Positions 30,487-42,473 of a DNA stretch of 64,000 nt are shown piece by piece. The translations under genes and the position numbers were made by a program. Where the stretch lies: assembly GCF_013315695.1 (NCBI RefSeq), contig NZ_CP054353.1, one strand, 5' to 3'. This stretch comes from Escherichia coli (lineage in GTDB: Bacteria; Pseudomonadota; Gammaproteobacteria; Enterobacterales; Enterobacteriaceae). Under the pieces are notes generated by a model. The model saw nothing but the letters and a program-made list of their open reading frames with translations, was not told where the DNA came from and did no database searches. Each line of letters starts with the position of its first letter. The first letter of the stretch is position 1.

Positions 30487-31424
30487 TGGTAATGATGTGA
30501 ATGGCCAGACACCCCTTCATTCAGGTGGCAGTCTGGCCCATGACAAGGTTGATATTCCATCTGAATGGTGGCGTGCTCAATCTGATAGTGATCCATCAGG
30601 TAGTGTTGGATCTGATCCAACAAGGCATCGTGATCGTGTGGCGGGATCACCTGCACATGCAGCGTCATCACCGGCTTCTCACCTACCATCCATACATGTA
30701 CATGGTGCACATTGCGGACTTCCGGGATTTCCCGGCACATACGACGCTTCAGTTCAGCGATATCCAGCGATACCGGTGCACCTTCAAGTAATTCATTCAC
30801 ACTATCTTTCAACAGTCGCCACGCGCTACGCAGAACCAGAAGCGACACCAGTATTGAGAGAATGGGGTCAGCAGGTGTCCAGCCGGTCCAGATAATAATC
30901 AACGCGGCAATAATAGCCCCAACCGAACCCAGCAGGTCCCCGAGCACATGCAGTGCCGCTGCTCGCACGTTGAGGTTTTTCTCTTCGCTGCCGTGATGAA
31001 GTAACCAGAAAGAAAGTATATTTGCCAGCAATCCAGCCACGGCAATTGCCATCATCATGCCGCCCTCGACCGGACGCGGCGTGCGGAAGCGTTCTATCGC
31101 CTCCCAGACAATCAAAATAGTAATCACCACCAGGGCGATGGCATTCACAAACGCCGCGAGCGTGGTCAATCTTAGCCAACCGAAAGTGTGGCGAATGGTG
31201 GGAGGTCGACGTGAAAATTGCACTGCGAGTAGGGCGAAAAGCAGGGCGGCAGTATCGGTCAACATATGACCCGCATCGGCCAGCAATGCCAGAGAACCGG
31301 AAAGAAAACCACCAATGACTTCTACGAGCATAAACCCGGCAGTCACGCCGAAAGCATACAACAAGCGACGAGCATTATTATCTTCTGGCAGGTGTGAGGA
31401 AGTGTGTGAGTGTGAGTGCGCCAT
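30483..31424 (-). CDS. zitB: zinc efflux transporter (cation diffusion facilitator)
   Basis: 313 aa, His-rich N-terminus [25 protein letters not shown] and CDF TM core; stop overlaps the pnuC stop. Confidence 0.95.
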   Translation of the reverse strand: MAHSHSHTSSHLPEDNNARRLLYAFGVTAGFMLVEVIGGFLSGSLALLADAGHMLTDTAALLFALLAVQFSRRPPTIRHTFGWLRLTTLAAFVNAIALVVITILIVWEAIERFRTPRPVEGGMMMAIAVAGLLANILSFWLLHHGSEEKNLNVRAAALHVLGDLLGSVGAIIAALIIIWTGWTPADPILSILVSLLVLRSAWRLLKDSVNELLEGAPVSLDIAELKRRMCREIPEVRNVHHVHVWMVGEKPVMTLHVQVIPPHDHDALLDQIQHYLMDHYQIEHATIQMEYQPCHGPDCHLNEGVSGHSHHYH

Positions 31425-31496
31425 GACGAGTCATCCCTTAATTATTCTCACTTAACTTTATGACATCATACTGCTTTTAGAAGGGAAAAATTAAAA

Positions 31497-31516
31497 GGGA
31501 GAGACTCCGCTCTCCC
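31497..31516 (-). terminator. ybgS terminator hairpin
   Basis: gggagag actccg ctctccc; on the minus strand it is followed by a U-rich run. Confidence 0.6.
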
Positions 31517-31537
31517 ATTATTGGCTATTTCGCAGGG

Positions 31538-31918
31538 TTACTGCGTGGTACCGTCGGTTTTGGTATCGACATCATTGTTGATGCCATCACCGGTTTGGAC
31601 TTTTTTATTGATATCCGGGCAGCGACCATCTTTGCACATGGTGTTCTTGTGCTCTTCATCTTTGGTCATGCCGTCATTGTTCATTGAAGAACCATCCGGA
31701 TGCAGCATTGTGCCGCCAGAACCGGTATTTACCCCGTTATTGTCGACGTTATTTGGCGCGACATTTTCACGGGCATCAGGGGCTACCTGGCCCGCATCAG
31801 CTGCGGCGTTTGCCTGGCCGTTATTGCTTTGCGCTCCGCTATCGGCAGCCAGTGCGGCACCGCTGGCAAGGCTTAGAGTGGCAGTCAAAAATAGTGTGGC
31901 CAGTTTTGTCATTTTCAT
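31538..31918 (-). CDS. ybgS: secreted protein YbgS
   Basis: 126 aa with signal peptide [24 protein letters not shown]. Confidence 0.9.
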   Translation of the reverse strand: MKMTKLATLFLTATLSLASGAALAADSGAQSNNGQANAAADAGQVAPDARENVAPNNVDNNGVNTGSGGTMLHPDGSSMNNDGMTKDEEHKNTMCKDGRCPDINKKVQTGDGINNDVDTKTDGTTQ

Positions 31919-32145
31919 AGGATGCTCCTGTTATGGTCGTTATGTCGGATAACCTCTTCCAACAGTGCATTTGCAGGTGAATATAAGGCAATGGTTTAAG
32001 ATTTCAGCCAGGCAAAGATACCCAGCAGAGAATCTTGAAATAATTAACAAACAAAGGAGTTACAGTTAGAAATTGTAGGAGAGATCTCGTTTTTCGCGAC
32101 AATCTGGCGTTTTTCTTGCTAATTCCAGGATTAATCCGTTCATAG

Positions 32146-32163
32146 TGTAAAACCCCGTTTACA
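32146..32163 (+). promoter_or_regulatory. TyrR box in the aroG promoter
   Basis: tgtaaa accccg tttaca, a perfect TGTAAA-N6-TTTACA. Confidence 0.7.
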
Positions 32164-32233
32164 CATTCTGACGGAAGATATAGATTGGAAGTATTGCATT
32201 CACTAAGATAAGTATGGCAACACTGGAACAGAC

Positions 32234-33286
32234 ATGAATTATCAGAACGACGATTTACGCATCAAAGAAATCAAAGAGTTACTTCCTCCTGTCGCATTGC
32301 TGGAAAAATTCCCCGCTACTGAAAATGCCGCGAATACGGTCGCCCATGCCCGAAAAGCGATCCATAAGATCCTGAAAGGTAATGATGATCGCCTGTTGGT
32401 GGTGATTGGCCCATGCTCAATCCATGATCCTGTCGCAGCAAAAGAGTATGCCACTCGCTTGCTGGCGCTGCGTGAAGAGCTGAAAGATGAGCTGGAAATC
32501 GTAATGCGCGTCTATTTTGAAAAGCCGCGTACAACGGTGGGCTGGAAAGGGCTGATTAACGATCCGCATATGGATAACAGCTTCCAGATCAACGACGGTC
32601 TGCGTATTGCCCGCAAATTGCTGCTCGATATTAACGACAGCGGTCTGCCAGCGGCGGGTGAATTCCTGGATATGATCACCCCACAATATCTCGCTGACCT
32701 GATGAGCTGGGGTGCAATTGGCGCACGTACTACGGAATCGCAGGTGCACCGCGAACTGGCGTCTGGTCTTTCTTGCCCGGTAGGCTTCAAAAATGGCACT
32801 GATGGTACGATTAAAGTGGCTATCGATGCTATTAATGCCGCCGGTGCGCCGCACTGCTTCCTGTCCGTAACGAAATGGGGGCATTCGGCGATTGTGAATA
32901 CCAGCGGTAACGGCGATTGCCATATCATTCTGCGCGGCGGTAAAGAGCCTAACTACAGCGCGAAGCACGTTGCTGAAGTGAAAGACGGGCTGAACAAAGC
33001 AGGTCTGCCAGCGCAGGTGATGATCGATTTCAGCCACGCCAACTCGTCCAAACAATTCAAAAAGCAGATGGATGTTTGTGCTGACGTTTGCCAGCAGATT
33101 GCCGGTGGCGAAAAGGCTATTATTGGCGTGATGGTGGAAAGCCATCTGGTGGAAGGCAATCAGAGCCTCGAGAGTGGGGAACCGCTGGCCTATGGCAAGA
33201 GCATCACCGATGCCTGCATTGGCTGGGATGATACCGATGCTCTGTTACGTCAACTGGCGAATGCAGTAAAAGCGCGTCGCGGGTAA
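32234..33286 (+). CDS. aroG: DAHP synthase, Phe-sensitive
   Basis: 350 aa, MNYQNDDLRIKEIKELLPPVALLEKFPATE. Confidence 0.97.
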   Translation: MNYQNDDLRIKEIKELLPPVALLEKFPATENAANTVAHARKAIHKILKGNDDRLLVVIGPCSIHDPVAAKEYATRLLALREELKDELEIVMRVYFEKPRTTVGWKGLINDPHMDNSFQINDGLRIARKLLLDINDSGLPAAGEFLDMITPQYLADLMSWGAIGARTTESQVHRELASGLSCPVGFKNGTDGTIKVAIDAINAAGAPHCFLSVTKWGHSAIVNTSGNGDCHIILRGGKEPNYSAKHVAEVKDGLNKAGLPAQVMIDFSHANSSKQFKKQMDVCADVCQQIAGGEKAIIGVMVESHLVEGNQSLESGEPLAYGKSITDACIGWDDTDALLRQLANAVKARRG

Positions 33287-33295
33287 AGTTTAATT

Positions 33296-33370
33296 GTCGG
33301 ATGCGCCGTCAGAGTGGCGTATCCGATTAATCACCGGAGGCCTGATAAGACGCGCAGCGTCGCATCAGGC
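33296..33370. repeat. REP/BIME element (two palindromic units)
   Basis: gtcggatgcgccgtc...ggcgtatccgat and aggcctgataagacgcgcagcgtcgcatcaggc. Confidence 0.8.
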
Positions 33371-33399
33371 AATGTGCTCCATTGTTAGCAACGACAAAC

Positions 33400-33440
33400 A
33401 AAAAAGCCGACTCACTTGCAGTCGGCTTTCTCATTTTTAA
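33400..33440. terminator. bidirectional terminator between aroG and gpmA
   Basis: aaaaaa gccgact cacttgc agtcggc tttctcattttt; A-run and T-run flank the stem. Confidence 0.75.
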
Positions 33441-33451
33441 ACGAATGACGT

Positions 33452-34204
33452 TTACTTCGCTTTACCCTGGTTCGCAACGGCTGCTGCTTTCGCCGCGATC
33501 TCATCAGCATTACCCAGATAATAGCGTTTCAGCGGTTTGAAGTTCTCGTCAAACTCATAAACCAGCGGCACGCCGGTCGGGATATTCAGCTCAAGAATCT
33601 CTTCTTCGCTCATGTTATCGAGATATTTCACCAGCGCACGTAACGAGTTACCGTGTGCAGCGATGATGACGCGCTCACCGCTCTTCATACGCGGCAGAAT
33701 GGTTTCATTCCAGTAAGGGATCACGCGGTCAATGGTCAGCGCCAGGCTTTCCGTCAGTGGCAGCTCTTTCTCGCTCAGTTTCGCGTAACGCGGATCGTGA
33801 CCCGGATAACGCTCATCATCTTTAGTCAGTTCCGGCGGAGTCACCGCAAAACCACGACGCCACTGTTTCACCTGCTCGTCGCCATACTTTTCAGCGGTTT
33901 CCGCTTTGTTCAGACCCTGCAATGCACCGTAGTGACGTTCGTTCAGTTTCCAGGATTTCTCAACGGGCAGCCATGCCTGATCCAGTTCGTCCAGCACATT
34001 CCATAGGGTATGAATAGCGCGTTTCAGCACAGAGGTGTAAGCAAAGTCAAAGCTGTAACCTTCCTCTTTCAGCAGCTTACCTGCTGCTTTTGCTTCGCTT
34101 ACGCCTTTCTCAGACAGATCCACGTCGTACCAACCGGTGAAACGGTTTTCTTTGTTCCACTGACTTTCGCCATGACGAACCAGAACCAGCTTAGTTACAG
34201 CCAT
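33452..34204 (-). CDS. gpmA: 2,3-bisphosphoglycerate-dependent phosphoglycerate mutase
   Basis: 250 aa from [25 protein letters not shown]. Confidence 0.97.
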
Positions 34205-34228
34205 ATACTTACTCCTCAAATCATCTTT

Positions 34229-34250
34229 TAATGATAATAATTCTCATTAT
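34229..34250. promoter_or_regulatory. candidate Fur box in the gpmA promoter
   Basis: aatgataataattctcattat resembles GATAATGATAATCATTATC. Confidence 0.55.
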
Positions 34251-34406
34251 ATTGCCGTGACGAAGCAACAGCAATGCTTACGCATAACCATAGCGAAAAT
34301 AGTGTCGCAGTGTAAGGTTGTTGTGAATATTGAGTTGCAAATATGTCGGTGTTTGCTGGTGATTTGAACAATATGAGGATAAAGCCCTCATGACGAGGGC
34401 TTAACA

Positions 34407-35447
34407 TTACTGAGCAATAAACTGATATTCCGTCAGGCTGGAATACTCTTCGCCAGGACGCAGGAAGCAGTCCGGTTGCGGCCATTCAGGGTGGTTCGGG
34501 CTGTCCGGCAGAAATTCGCTTTCCAGAGCCAGCCCTTGCCAGTCGGCGTAAGGTTCGGTTCCCCGCGACGGTGTGCCGCCGAGGAAGTTGCCGGAGTAGA
34601 ATTGCAGAGCCGGAGCGGTGGTGTAGACCTTCAGCTGCAATTTTTCATCTGCTGACCAGACATGCGCCGCCACTTTCTTGCCATCGCCTTTGGCCTGTAA
34701 CAAGAACGCGTGATCGTAACCTTTCACTTTGCGCTGATCGTCGTCGGCAAGAAACTCACTGGCGATGATTTTGGCGCTGCGGAAATCAAAAGAGGTTCCG
34801 GCGACAGATTTCAGACCGTCGTGCGGAATGCCGCCTTCATCAACCGGCAGATATTCGTCCGCCAGAATCTGCAACTTATGATTGCGCGCGTCAGACTGCT
34901 CGCCGTCAAGATTGAAATAGACGTGATTAGTCATATTCACCGGGCAAGGTTTATCAACTGTGGCGCGATAAGTAATGGAGATACGGTTATCGTCGGTCAG
35001 ACGATATTGCACCGTCGCGCCGAGATTACCCGGGAAGCCCTGATCGCCATCATCTGAACTCAGGGCAAATAGCACCTGACGATCATTCTGGTTCACAATC
35101 TGCCAGCGACGTTTGTCGAACCCTTCCGGGCCGCCGTGCAGCTGGTTAACGCCCTGACTTGGCGAAAGCGTCACGGTTTCACCGTCAAAGGTATAACGGC
35201 TATTGGCGATGCGGTTGGCATAACGACCAATAGAGGCCCCCAGAAATGCGGCCTGATCCTGATAGCATTCCGGGCTGGCGCAGCCAAGCAGCGCCTCGCG
35301 GACGCTGCCATCGGAAAGCGGAATACGGGCGGAAAGTAAAGTCGCACCCCAGTCCATCAGCGTGACTACCATCCCTGCGTTGTTACGCAAAGTTAACAGT
35401 CGGTACGGCTGACCATCGGGTGCCAGTGCGGGAGTTTCGTTCAGCAC
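34407..35447 (-). CDS. galM: aldose 1-epimerase (galactose mutarotase)
   Basis: 346 aa; 7-bp overlap with galK. Confidence 0.96.
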   Translation of the reverse strand: MLNETPALAPDGQPYRLLTLRNNAGMVVTLMDWGATLLSARIPLSDGSVREALLGCASPECYQDQAAFLGASIGRYANRIANSRYTFDGETVTLSPSQGVNQLHGGPEGFDKRRWQIVNQNDRQVLFALSSDDGDQGFPGNLGATVQYRLTDDNRISITYRATVDKPCPVNMTNHVYFNLDGEQSDARNHKLQILADEYLPVDEGGIPHDGLKSVAGTSFDFRSAKIIASEFLADDDQRKVKGYDHAFLLQAKGDGKKVAAHVWSADEKLQLKVYTTAPALQFYSGNFLGGTPSRGTEPYADWQGLALESEFLPDSPNHPEWPQPDCFLRPGEEYSSLTEYQFIAQ

Positions 35448-36589
35448 TGTCCTGCTCCTTGTGATGGTTTACAAACGTAAAAAGTCTCTTTAATACCTGT
35501 TTTTGCTTCATATTGTTCAGCGACAGCTTGCTGTACTGCAGGCACCAGCTCTTCCGGGATCAGCGCGACGATGCAGCCGCCAAATCCGCCGCCGGTCATG
35601 CGTACGCCACCTTTGTCGCCAATCACAGCTTTGACGATTTCTACCAGAGTGTCAATTTGCGGCACGGTGATTTCGAAATCATCGCGCATAGAGGCATGAG
35701 ACTCCGCCATCAACTCGCCCATACGTTTCAGGTCGCCTTGCTCCAGCGCGCTGGCAGCTTCAACGGTGCGGGCGTTTTCAGTCAGGATATGACGCACGCG
35801 TTTCGCCACGATTGGGTCCAGTTCATGCGCAACAGCGTTGAACTCTTCAATGGTGACATCGCGCAGCGCTGGCTGCTGGAAGAAACGCGCACCGGTTTCG
35901 CACTGTTCACGACGGGTGTTGTATTCGCTGCCAACCAGGGTACGTTTGAAGTTACTGTTGATGATGACGACAGCCACGCCTTTCGGCATGGAAACAGCTT
36001 TGGTCCCCAGTGAGCGGCAATCGATCAGCAAGGCATGATCTTTCTTGCCGAGCGCGGAAATCAGTTGATCCATGATTCCACAGTTACAGCCTACAAACTG
36101 GTTTTCTGCTTCCTGACCATTAAGCGCGATTTGTGCGCCGTCCAGCGGCAGATGATAAAGCTGCTGCAATACGGTTCCGACCGCGACTTCCAGTGAAGCG
36201 GAAGAACTTAACCCGGCTCCCTGCGGCACATTGCCGCTGATCACCATGTCCACACCGCCGAAGCTGTTGTTACGCAGTTGCAGATGTTTCACCACGCCAC
36301 GAACGTAGTTCGCCCATTGATAGTTTTCATGCGCGATAATGGGCGCATCAAGGGAAAACTCGTCGAGCTGATTTTCATAATCGGCTGCCATCACGCGAAC
36401 TTTACGGTCATCGCGTGGTGCACAACTGATCACGGTTTGATAATCAATCGCGCAGGGCAGAACGAAACCGTCGTTGTAGTCGGTGTGTTCACCAATCAAA
36501 TTCACGCGGCCAGGCGCCTGAATGGTGTGAGTGGCAGGGTAGCCAAATGCGTTGGCAAACAGAGATTGTGTTTTTTCTTTCAGACTCAT
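35441..36589 (-). CDS. galK: galactokinase
   Basis: 382 aa, GHMP kinase. Confidence 0.97.
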   Translation of the reverse strand: MSLKEKTQSLFANAFGYPATHTIQAPGRVNLIGEHTDYNDGFVLPCAIDYQTVISCAPRDDRKVRVMAADYENQLDEFSLDAPIIAHENYQWANYVRGVVKHLQLRNNSFGGVDMVISGNVPQGAGLSSSASLEVAVGTVLQQLYHLPLDGAQIALNGQEAENQFVGCNCGIMDQLISALGKKDHALLIDCRSLGTKAVSMPKGVAVVIINSNFKRTLVGSEYNTRREQCETGARFFQQPALRDVTIEEFNAVAHELDPIVAKRVRHILTENARTVEAASALEQGDLKRMGELMAESHASMRDDFEITVPQIDTLVEIVKAVIGDKGGVRMTGGGFGGCIVALIPEELVPAVQQAVAEQYEAKTGIKETFYVCKPSQGAGQC

Positions 36590-36592
36590 TTC

Positions 36593-37639
36593 TTACACTC
36601 CGGATTCGCGAAAATGGATATCGCTGACTGCGCGCAAACGCTCTGCTGCCTGTTCTGCGGTCAGGTCTCGCTGGGTTTCTGCCAGCATTTCATAACCAAC
36701 CATAAATTTACGTACGGTGGCGGAGCGCAACAGAGGCGGATAAAAGTGCGCGTGCAGCTGCCAGTGTTGATTCTCTTCGCCATTAAATGGCGCGCCGTGC
36801 CAGCCCATAGAGTAGGGGAAGGAGCACTGGAAGAGGTTGTCATAACGACTGGTCAGCTTTTTCAACGCCAGTGCCAAATCGCTGCGCTGGGCGTCGGTCA
36901 AATCGGTGATCCGCAAAACGTGGGCTTTGGGCAGCAGTAGCGTTTCGAACGGCCAGGCAGCCCAGTAAGGTACAACGGCTAACCAGTGTTCGGTTTCGAC
37001 AACGGTACGGCTACCGTCTGCCAGCTCGCGCTGAACATAATCCACCAGCATTGGCGATTTCTGCCCGGCAAAATATTCTTTTTGCAGGCGGTCTTCGCGC
37101 TCAGCTTCGTTAGGCAGGAAGCTATTTGCCCAAATCTGTCCGTGCGGATGCGGGTTAGAGCAGCCCATCGCCGCGCCTTTGTTTTCAAAGACCTGCACCC
37201 ATGGGTACGTTTTTCCCAGTTCTGCGGTTTGCTCCTGCCAGGTTTTGACGATTTCCGTCAATGCTGCAACGCTGAGCTCTGGCAGCGTTTTACTGTGATC
37301 CGGTGAAAAGCAGATCACCCGACTGGTGCCACGCGCGCTCTGGCAACGCATCAGCGGATCGTTGCTTTCTGGCGCATCTGGCGTGTCAGACATCAAGGCC
37401 GCAAAGTCATTAGTGAAAACGTAAGTCCCGGTGTAATCGGGGTTTTTATCGCCTGTCACCCGCACATTACCTGCGCAGAGGAAGCAATCTGGATCATGCG
37501 CAGGTAACACCTGTTTGGCTGGCGTTTCCTGCGCCCCCTGCCAGGGGCGCTTAGCGCGGTGCGGTGAAACCAGAATCCATTGCCCGGTGAGCGGGTTGTA
37601 GCGGCGATGTGGATGATCAACGGGATTAAATTGCGTCAT
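36593..37639 (-). CDS. galT: galactose-1-phosphate uridylyltransferase
   Basis: 348 aa, HIT-family. Confidence 0.97.
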   Translation of the reverse strand: MTQFNPVDHPHRRYNPLTGQWILVSPHRAKRPWQGAQETPAKQVLPAHDPDCFLCAGNVRVTGDKNPDYTGTYVFTNDFAALMSDTPDAPESNDPLMRCQSARGTSRVICFSPDHSKTLPELSVAALTEIVKTWQEQTAELGKTYPWVQVFENKGAAMGCSNPHPHGQIWANSFLPNEAEREDRLQKEYFAGQKSPMLVDYVQRELADGSRTVVETEHWLAVVPYWAAWPFETLLLPKAHVLRITDLTDAQRSDLALALKKLTSRYDNLFQCSFPYSMGWHGAPFNGEENQHWQLHAHFYPPLLRSATVRKFMVGYEMLAETQRDLTAEQAAERLRAVSDIHFRESGV

Positions 37640-37648
37640 GGTCGTTCC

Positions 37649-38665
37649 TTAATCGGGATATCCCTGTGGATGGCGTGACTGCCAGTGCCAGGTGTCCTGC
37701 GCCATTTCATCGAGTGTGCGCGTTACGCGCCAGTTCAGTTCACGGTCGGCTTTGCTGGCGTCCGCCCAGTAGGCCGGAAGGTCGCCCTCGCGACGCGGTG
37801 CAAAATGATAGTTAACTGGTTTGCCGCAGGCTTTGCTGAAGGCATTAACCACGTCCAGCACGCTGCTGCCTACGCCAGCGCCGAGGTTGTAGATGTGTAC
37901 GCCTGGCTTGTTCGCCAGTTTCTCCATCGCCACGACGTGACCGTCCGCCAGATCCATTACGTGGATGTAATCGCGCACGCCAGTACCGTCTTCGGTCGGA
38001 TAATCGTTACCAAAAATCGCCAGCGAGTCGCGACGGCCTACAGCAACCTGGGCGATGTATGGCATCAGGTTATTCGGAATGCCTTGCGGATCTTCGCCCA
38101 TATCGCCCGACGGATGCGCGCCAACTGGGTTGAAGTAGCGCAGCAGGGCAATGCTCCAGTCCGGCTGGGCTTTTTGCAGATCGGTGAGGATCTGTTCCAC
38201 CATCAGCTTGCTTTTGCCGTAAGGGCTTTGCGGTGTGCCGGTCGGGAAGCTTTCAACATATGGAATTTTGGGCTGATCGCCATAAACGGTGGCGGAGGAG
38301 CTAAAGATAAAGTTTTTGACGTTAGCGGCGCGCATGGCGCTAATCAGGCGCAGAGTACCGTTGACATTGTTGTCGTAATATTCCAGCGGTTTTTGTACCG
38401 ATTCGCCAACGGCTTTCAGCCCGGCGAAGTGGATCACGGTGTCGATAGCGTGATCGTGCAGGATCTCGGTCATCAACGCTTCGTTACGGATATCGCCTTC
38501 AACAAACGTTGGATGTTTGCCGCCTAAACGCTCGATAACAGGCAGTACGCTGCGCTTACTGTTACAGAGGTTATCAAGAATGATGACATCATGACCGTTT
38601 TGCAGTAATTGCACACAGGTATGACTTCCAATGTAACCGCTACCACCGGTAACCAGAACTCTCAT
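37649..38665 (-). CDS. galE: UDP-glucose 4-epimerase
   Basis: 338 aa from MRVLVTGGSGYIGSHT. Confidence 0.97.
   Translation of the reverse strand: MRVLVTGGSGYIGSHTCVQLLQNGHDVIILDNLCNSKRSVLPVIERLGGKHPTFVEGDIRNEALMTEILHDHAIDTVIHFAGLKAVGESVQKPLEYYDNNVNGTLRLISAMRAANVKNFIFSSSATVYGDQPKIPYVESFPTGTPQSPYGKSKLMVEQILTDLQKAQPDWSIALLRYFNPVGAHPSGDMGEDPQGIPNNLMPYIAQVAVGRRDSLAIFGNDYPTEDGTGVRDYIHVMDLADGHVVAMEKLANKPGVHIYNLGAGVGSSVLDVVNAFSKACGKPVNYHFAPRREGDLPAYWADASKADRELNWRVTRTLDEMAQDTWHWQSRHPQGYPD
38631..38646. promoter_or_regulatory. gal internal operator OI (GalR/GalS site) inside galE
   Basis: atgtaaccgctaccac, reverse complement of gtggtagcggttacat. Confidence 0.8.
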
Positions 38666-38689
38666 AATTCGCTCCATTAGGCTTTTGGT

Positions 38690-38712
38690 ATGAAATAACC
38701 ATAGCATAACAA
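38690..38712 (-). promoter_or_regulatory. gal P1/P2 overlapping promoters (-10 region)
   Basis: Minus strand reads ttgttatgctatggttatttcatacc, the recalled gal promoter sequence. Confidence 0.75.
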
Positions 38713-38744
38713 AGATGCGAAAAGTGTGACATGGAATAAATTAG

Positions 38745-38760
38745 TGGAATCGTTTACACA
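38745..38760. promoter_or_regulatory. gal external operator OE (GalR/GalS site)
   Basis: gtggaatcgtttacac, reverse complement of gtgtaaacgattccac. Confidence 0.8.
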
Positions 38761-38926
38761 AGAATTTAGCCGTTTTTTATGCGCGATTAAGTGATTATAA
38801 AACAGAGGGTTTATGAATGATTGCGCTTTTTATCTGAAAAAAAGACGCGGTTTCATGCCTGCATGCGTCAAACCGTTGGCCGGATAACACGTTTACGCCG
38901 CCTCCGGCACGGTCAGCACTACCGAC

Positions 38927-40399
38927 TCAGTTTATTTTTGTCAGCGCATAGCGATAAAAGTCACCGTCCGGCACGAACTCCAGACGATGGGTAATACAGG
39001 CAGGCGCATCTTCAGCGTGGTGCGAAACAAACAACAATTGCGTTTCACCTTCGCTAATCAGCACATCAACAAAACGGCGGATAAGCTGGCGATTGAGCGG
39101 ATCAAGCCCCTGTAGTGGTTCATCGAGAATAAGCAATGTCGGATGTTTCACTAGCGCACGGACGATCAGCGCCAGACGCTGCTGTCCCCAGGAAAGACTA
39201 TGGAAAGGAGCGTCAGCCGTGCGTTTATCAATGCCGAGAATATCCAGCCACTGCTGCACCAGTTTTTGCTGGCGATCCGATACGGCCTGATAAATGCCAA
39301 TCGAATCAAAATAGCCAGAAAGGATCACATTACGCACAGTAGTGCTGACCCGGTAATCCAGATGCAAACTACTGCTGACGTAACCGATATGCTTTTTGAT
39401 ATCCCAGATGGTTTCGCCGCTGCCGCGACGTCGTCCGAAAAGCGTCAAATCGTTGCTGTAACCTTGCGGATGATCGCCAGTAATCAGGCTTAATAACGTC
39501 GATTTTCCCGCGCCATTTGGCCCGACAATTTGCCAGTGTTCGCCTGGATTCACCTGCCAGCTAAGGTTATTAAGAATGGGGCGTTCGTTATAAGAAACCA
39601 CGCCATTGTTCAGCACAATGCGCGGTTCGTTGGCGGGTAAGGCGTGACGTGCTGAAGGTTCATCCGGCTCCGGCAGTTGCACACCTTCAAGCTGTTCGCT
39701 ATGCGCCAGTTGCGCGACGAGTGCTTGTTGGAGCAGTTCCTCTTTAGCGCCCGTTTCCGCTAACGTACAATCCGCCAGCACGCCAGCAAACTGGACAAAT
39801 TCCGGGATCTCATCGAAGCGATTGAGCACCAGTACCAGAGTAATACCGGACTGATGTAACGAGGCGAGTAGCTCAGCCAGTTGCTGACGTGAGGCAACAT
39901 CCAGGCCATCGAACGGCTCATCAAGAATCAACAAGTCAGGCTCCGACATCAGCGCCTGACACAGCAGGGTTTTTCGCGTCTCGCCAGTGGAAAGGTATTT
40001 AAAGCGTCGGTCGAGGAGGGCGGTAATACCGAACTGCTGTGCCAGTTGCATGCAGCGCGGTGCATCCTTTACTTCATCCTGAATAATCTCAGCCGTAGTG
40101 CGTCCGGTGTCATCTTCGCCAGGGTCGAGCATATCGGTGTTATTCCGCTGCCATTCGTCGCTGACGAGCTTTTGCAATTGCTCGAAGGAGAGACGAGTGA
40201 TGTGGGAAAACTGGCTTTGCCGTTCACCTTTCAAAAGCGGAAGTTCACCTGCCAGCGCGCGGGCCAGCGCCGATTTCCCGCTTCCATTCGAACCGACAAA
40301 CGCCCAACTATCACCCGCGTTTAACGTTAGCTGAGGCAATTGCAGCGTTTTTGTGTCGCTAAGACGAAACGTGCCTTGCAAAATTTGCAACGATGACAT
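38927..40399 (-). CDS. modF: ABC-type ATPase ModF (two ATP-binding cassettes)
   Basis: 490 aa from MSSLQILQGTFRLSD, two Walker A motifs GSNGSGKS and GPNGAGKS. Confidence 0.93.
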   Translation of the reverse strand: MSSLQILQGTFRLSDTKTLQLPQLTLNAGDSWAFVGSNGSGKSALARALAGELPLLKGERQSQFSHITRLSFEQLQKLVSDEWQRNNTDMLDPGEDDTGRTTAEIIQDEVKDAPRCMQLAQQFGITALLDRRFKYLSTGETRKTLLCQALMSEPDLLILDEPFDGLDVASRQQLAELLASLHQSGITLVLVLNRFDEIPEFVQFAGVLADCTLAETGAKEELLQQALVAQLAHSEQLEGVQLPEPDEPSARHALPANEPRIVLNNGVVSYNERPILNNLSWQVNPGEHWQIVGPNGAGKSTLLSLITGDHPQGYSNDLTLFGRRRGSGETIWDIKKHIGYVSSSLHLDYRVSTTVRNVILSGYFDSIGIYQAVSDRQQKLVQQWLDILGIDKRTADAPFHSLSWGQQRLALIVRALVKHPTLLILDEPLQGLDPLNRQLIRRFVDVLISEGETQLLFVSHHAEDAPACITHRLEFVPDGDFYRYALTKIN

Positions 40400-40466
40400 T
40401 TTATATCCCATTTTGTGCAGCGATTACTGACAGGGATACGTGTTTCATAACAAATTGTCAACACGC

Positions 40467-41255
40467 TTAGCACAGCGTGGCGATAATCACGCTGTCGGCA
40501 TTAAAGTAGGCCGTGACATTCTGTCCTTGCTGAAGAGAAGTCGCTTCATTTACCGGCACTGTGGCGCACAGTGTTTGCCCGTCGGGTAGCGCCATTAATA
40601 CTTCGCACTGCTCTGCGCCGCGCTCAATATGACTAATAATACCCGGTAATTGGTTGTCAGCGTTTTGCGCGACCGCCTCGTCCTGAGTAATCCCTACCCA
40701 CGGCGCTTTTAGCAATATCAACACTTCTTTGCCTTCATCCAGCCCCAGACGTGCGCCGCTTTGTGCGGTAATTGCGACTTTCAGGCGTGTTTTTCCATCA
40801 GCCAGTAAGACATCAACATGCTGTTGAACGTCATCATGATCGCGGGCGGTGATGGTACCGAACCACTGGTTACGGGCGCTGGTTTGCAGTGAAAAACGTG
40901 AGATCGCGGCCAGCAGGCTGTTCAGCGGCAGGGCGTCATCGTCACTTAACACATCAAAGGCTTTTTGCTGGATTTGCGCCAGTAAGTCATAGAGCTGAAT
41001 CAGTCGCTGACCATAGCGGGTCAGTACTGCGCCGCCGCCACCTTTACCGCCTGTTGCGCGCTCAACCAGAATATGCTCACTTAACTGATTCATCTCGTTA
41101 ATGGCATCCCAGGCGCTTTTATAGCTGATACCGGCATCTTTCGCTCCCTGGCTAATGGAACCGGAAAGCGCAATGTGTTTTAGTAGCGAAATGCGGCGCG
41201 GGTCGGCGAATAATTTTTGTTGGAGCTTAAGGGTGAGAAGGATTTCGGCCTGCAT
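40467..41255 (-). CDS. modE: molybdate-responsive transcriptional regulator ModE
   Basis: 262 aa, N-terminal HTH plus tandem Mop domains. Confidence 0.95.
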   Translation of the reverse strand: MQAEILLTLKLQQKLFADPRRISLLKHIALSGSISQGAKDAGISYKSAWDAINEMNQLSEHILVERATGGKGGGGAVLTRYGQRLIQLYDLLAQIQQKAFDVLSDDDALPLNSLLAAISRFSLQTSARNQWFGTITARDHDDVQQHVDVLLADGKTRLKVAITAQSGARLGLDEGKEVLILLKAPWVGITQDEAVAQNADNQLPGIISHIERGAEQCEVLMALPDGQTLCATVPVNEATSLQQGQNVTAYFNADSVIIATLC

Positions 41256-41365
41256 AACAATGTCCTGGCAAAAGTCTTATTGTGACGGAAAACGAACGCC
41301 ACGCAAAGCTGACCGCACAAAAGGGGAGTGCTTTTCTGTGCTTAGCGGTTAGAATAGTCTCATGA

Positions 41366-41533
<168 letters not shown>

Positions 41534-41540
41534 TTCCCTG

Positions 41541-41570
41541 AATGCCCGCTTAGTCGGGCATTTTCTTTTT
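41541..41570 (+). terminator. acrZ rho-independent terminator
   Basis: aatgcccgc ttag tcgggcatt ttcttttt. Confidence 0.8.
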
Positions 41571-41656
41571 CTCAACTTCCTGCTTTTCCTGCCGATATTT
41601 TTTCTCATCTACCTCACAAAGGTTAGCAATAACTGCTGGGAAAATTCCGAACTTGC

Positions 41657-41680
41657 CGTTATATTGACGCCTACATAACG
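41657..41680. promoter_or_regulatory. ModE operator in the modABC promoter
   Basis: cgttatattgacgcctacataacg, near-palindrome with TATAT-type half sites. Confidence 0.6.
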
Positions 41681-41699
41681 TTAGGTTAAGGGGTTACCA

Positions 41700-42473
41700 A
41701 TGGCTCGTAAATGGTTGAACTTGTTTACCGGGGCGGCACTCTCTTTCGCTGTTGCTGGCAATGCACTGGCAGATGAAGGGAAAATCACGGTGTTCGCCGC
41801 CGCATCACTGACTAACGCAATGCAGGACATTGCTACGCAGTATAAAAAAGAGAAAGGCGTGGATGTGGTTTCTTCTTTCGCTTCGTCATCTACTTTGGCC
41901 CGTCAGATTGAAGCGGGTGCGCCTGCGGATCTGTTTATTTCTGCCGATCAGAAATGGATGGATTATGCGGTTGATAAAAAAGCGATCGATACGGCTTCGC
42001 GCCAGACACTGCTCGGCAATAGCCTGGTCGTTGTAGCACCGAAAGCCAGCGAGCAGAAAGATTTCACCATCGACAGCAAAACCAACTGGACTTCGCTGCT
42101 GAATGGCGGTCGCCTCGCGGTTGGTGATCCGGAACATGTCCCTGCTGGCATTTATGCGAAAGAAGCACTGCAAAAACTGGGCGCATGGGATACGCTCTCC
42201 CCGAAACTGGCTCCGGCGGAAGATGTTCGTGGCGCGCTGGCGTTGGTCGAACGCAATGAAGCACCGCTGGGTATTGTTTACGGTTCTGACGCAGTTGCCA
42301 GCAAAGGGGTAAAAGTGGTTGCCACCTTCCCGGAAGATTCACATAAAAAAGTGGAATATCCGGTTGCTGTTGTGGAAGGGCATAACAATGCGACAGTGAA
42401 AGCATTTTATGATTATCTGAAGGGGCCGCAGGCTGCGGAAATCTTTAAACGTTACGGATTTACAACCAAGTAA
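41700..42473 (+). CDS. modA: molybdate ABC transporter periplasmic binding protein
   Basis: 257 aa with signal peptide. Confidence 0.97.
   Translation: MARKWLNLFTGAALSFAVAGNALADEGKITVFAAASLTNAMQDIATQYKKEKGVDVVSSFASSSTLARQIEAGAPADLFISADQKWMDYAVDKKAIDTASRQTLLGNSLVVVAPKASEQKDFTIDSKTNWTSLLNGGRLAVGDPEHVPAGIYAKEALQKLGAWDTLSPKLAPAEDVRGALALVERNEAPLGIVYGSDAVASKGVKVVATFPEDSHKKVEYPVAVVEGHNNATVKAFYDYLKGPQAAEIFKRYGFTTK

Noticed and set aside
32417-33145. 242-aa antisense ORF in aroG
   Set aside because: Overlaps aroG on the opposite strand; no RBS or family signature.
37685-38527. 280-aa antisense ORF in galE
   Set aside because: Overlaps galE on the opposite strand.
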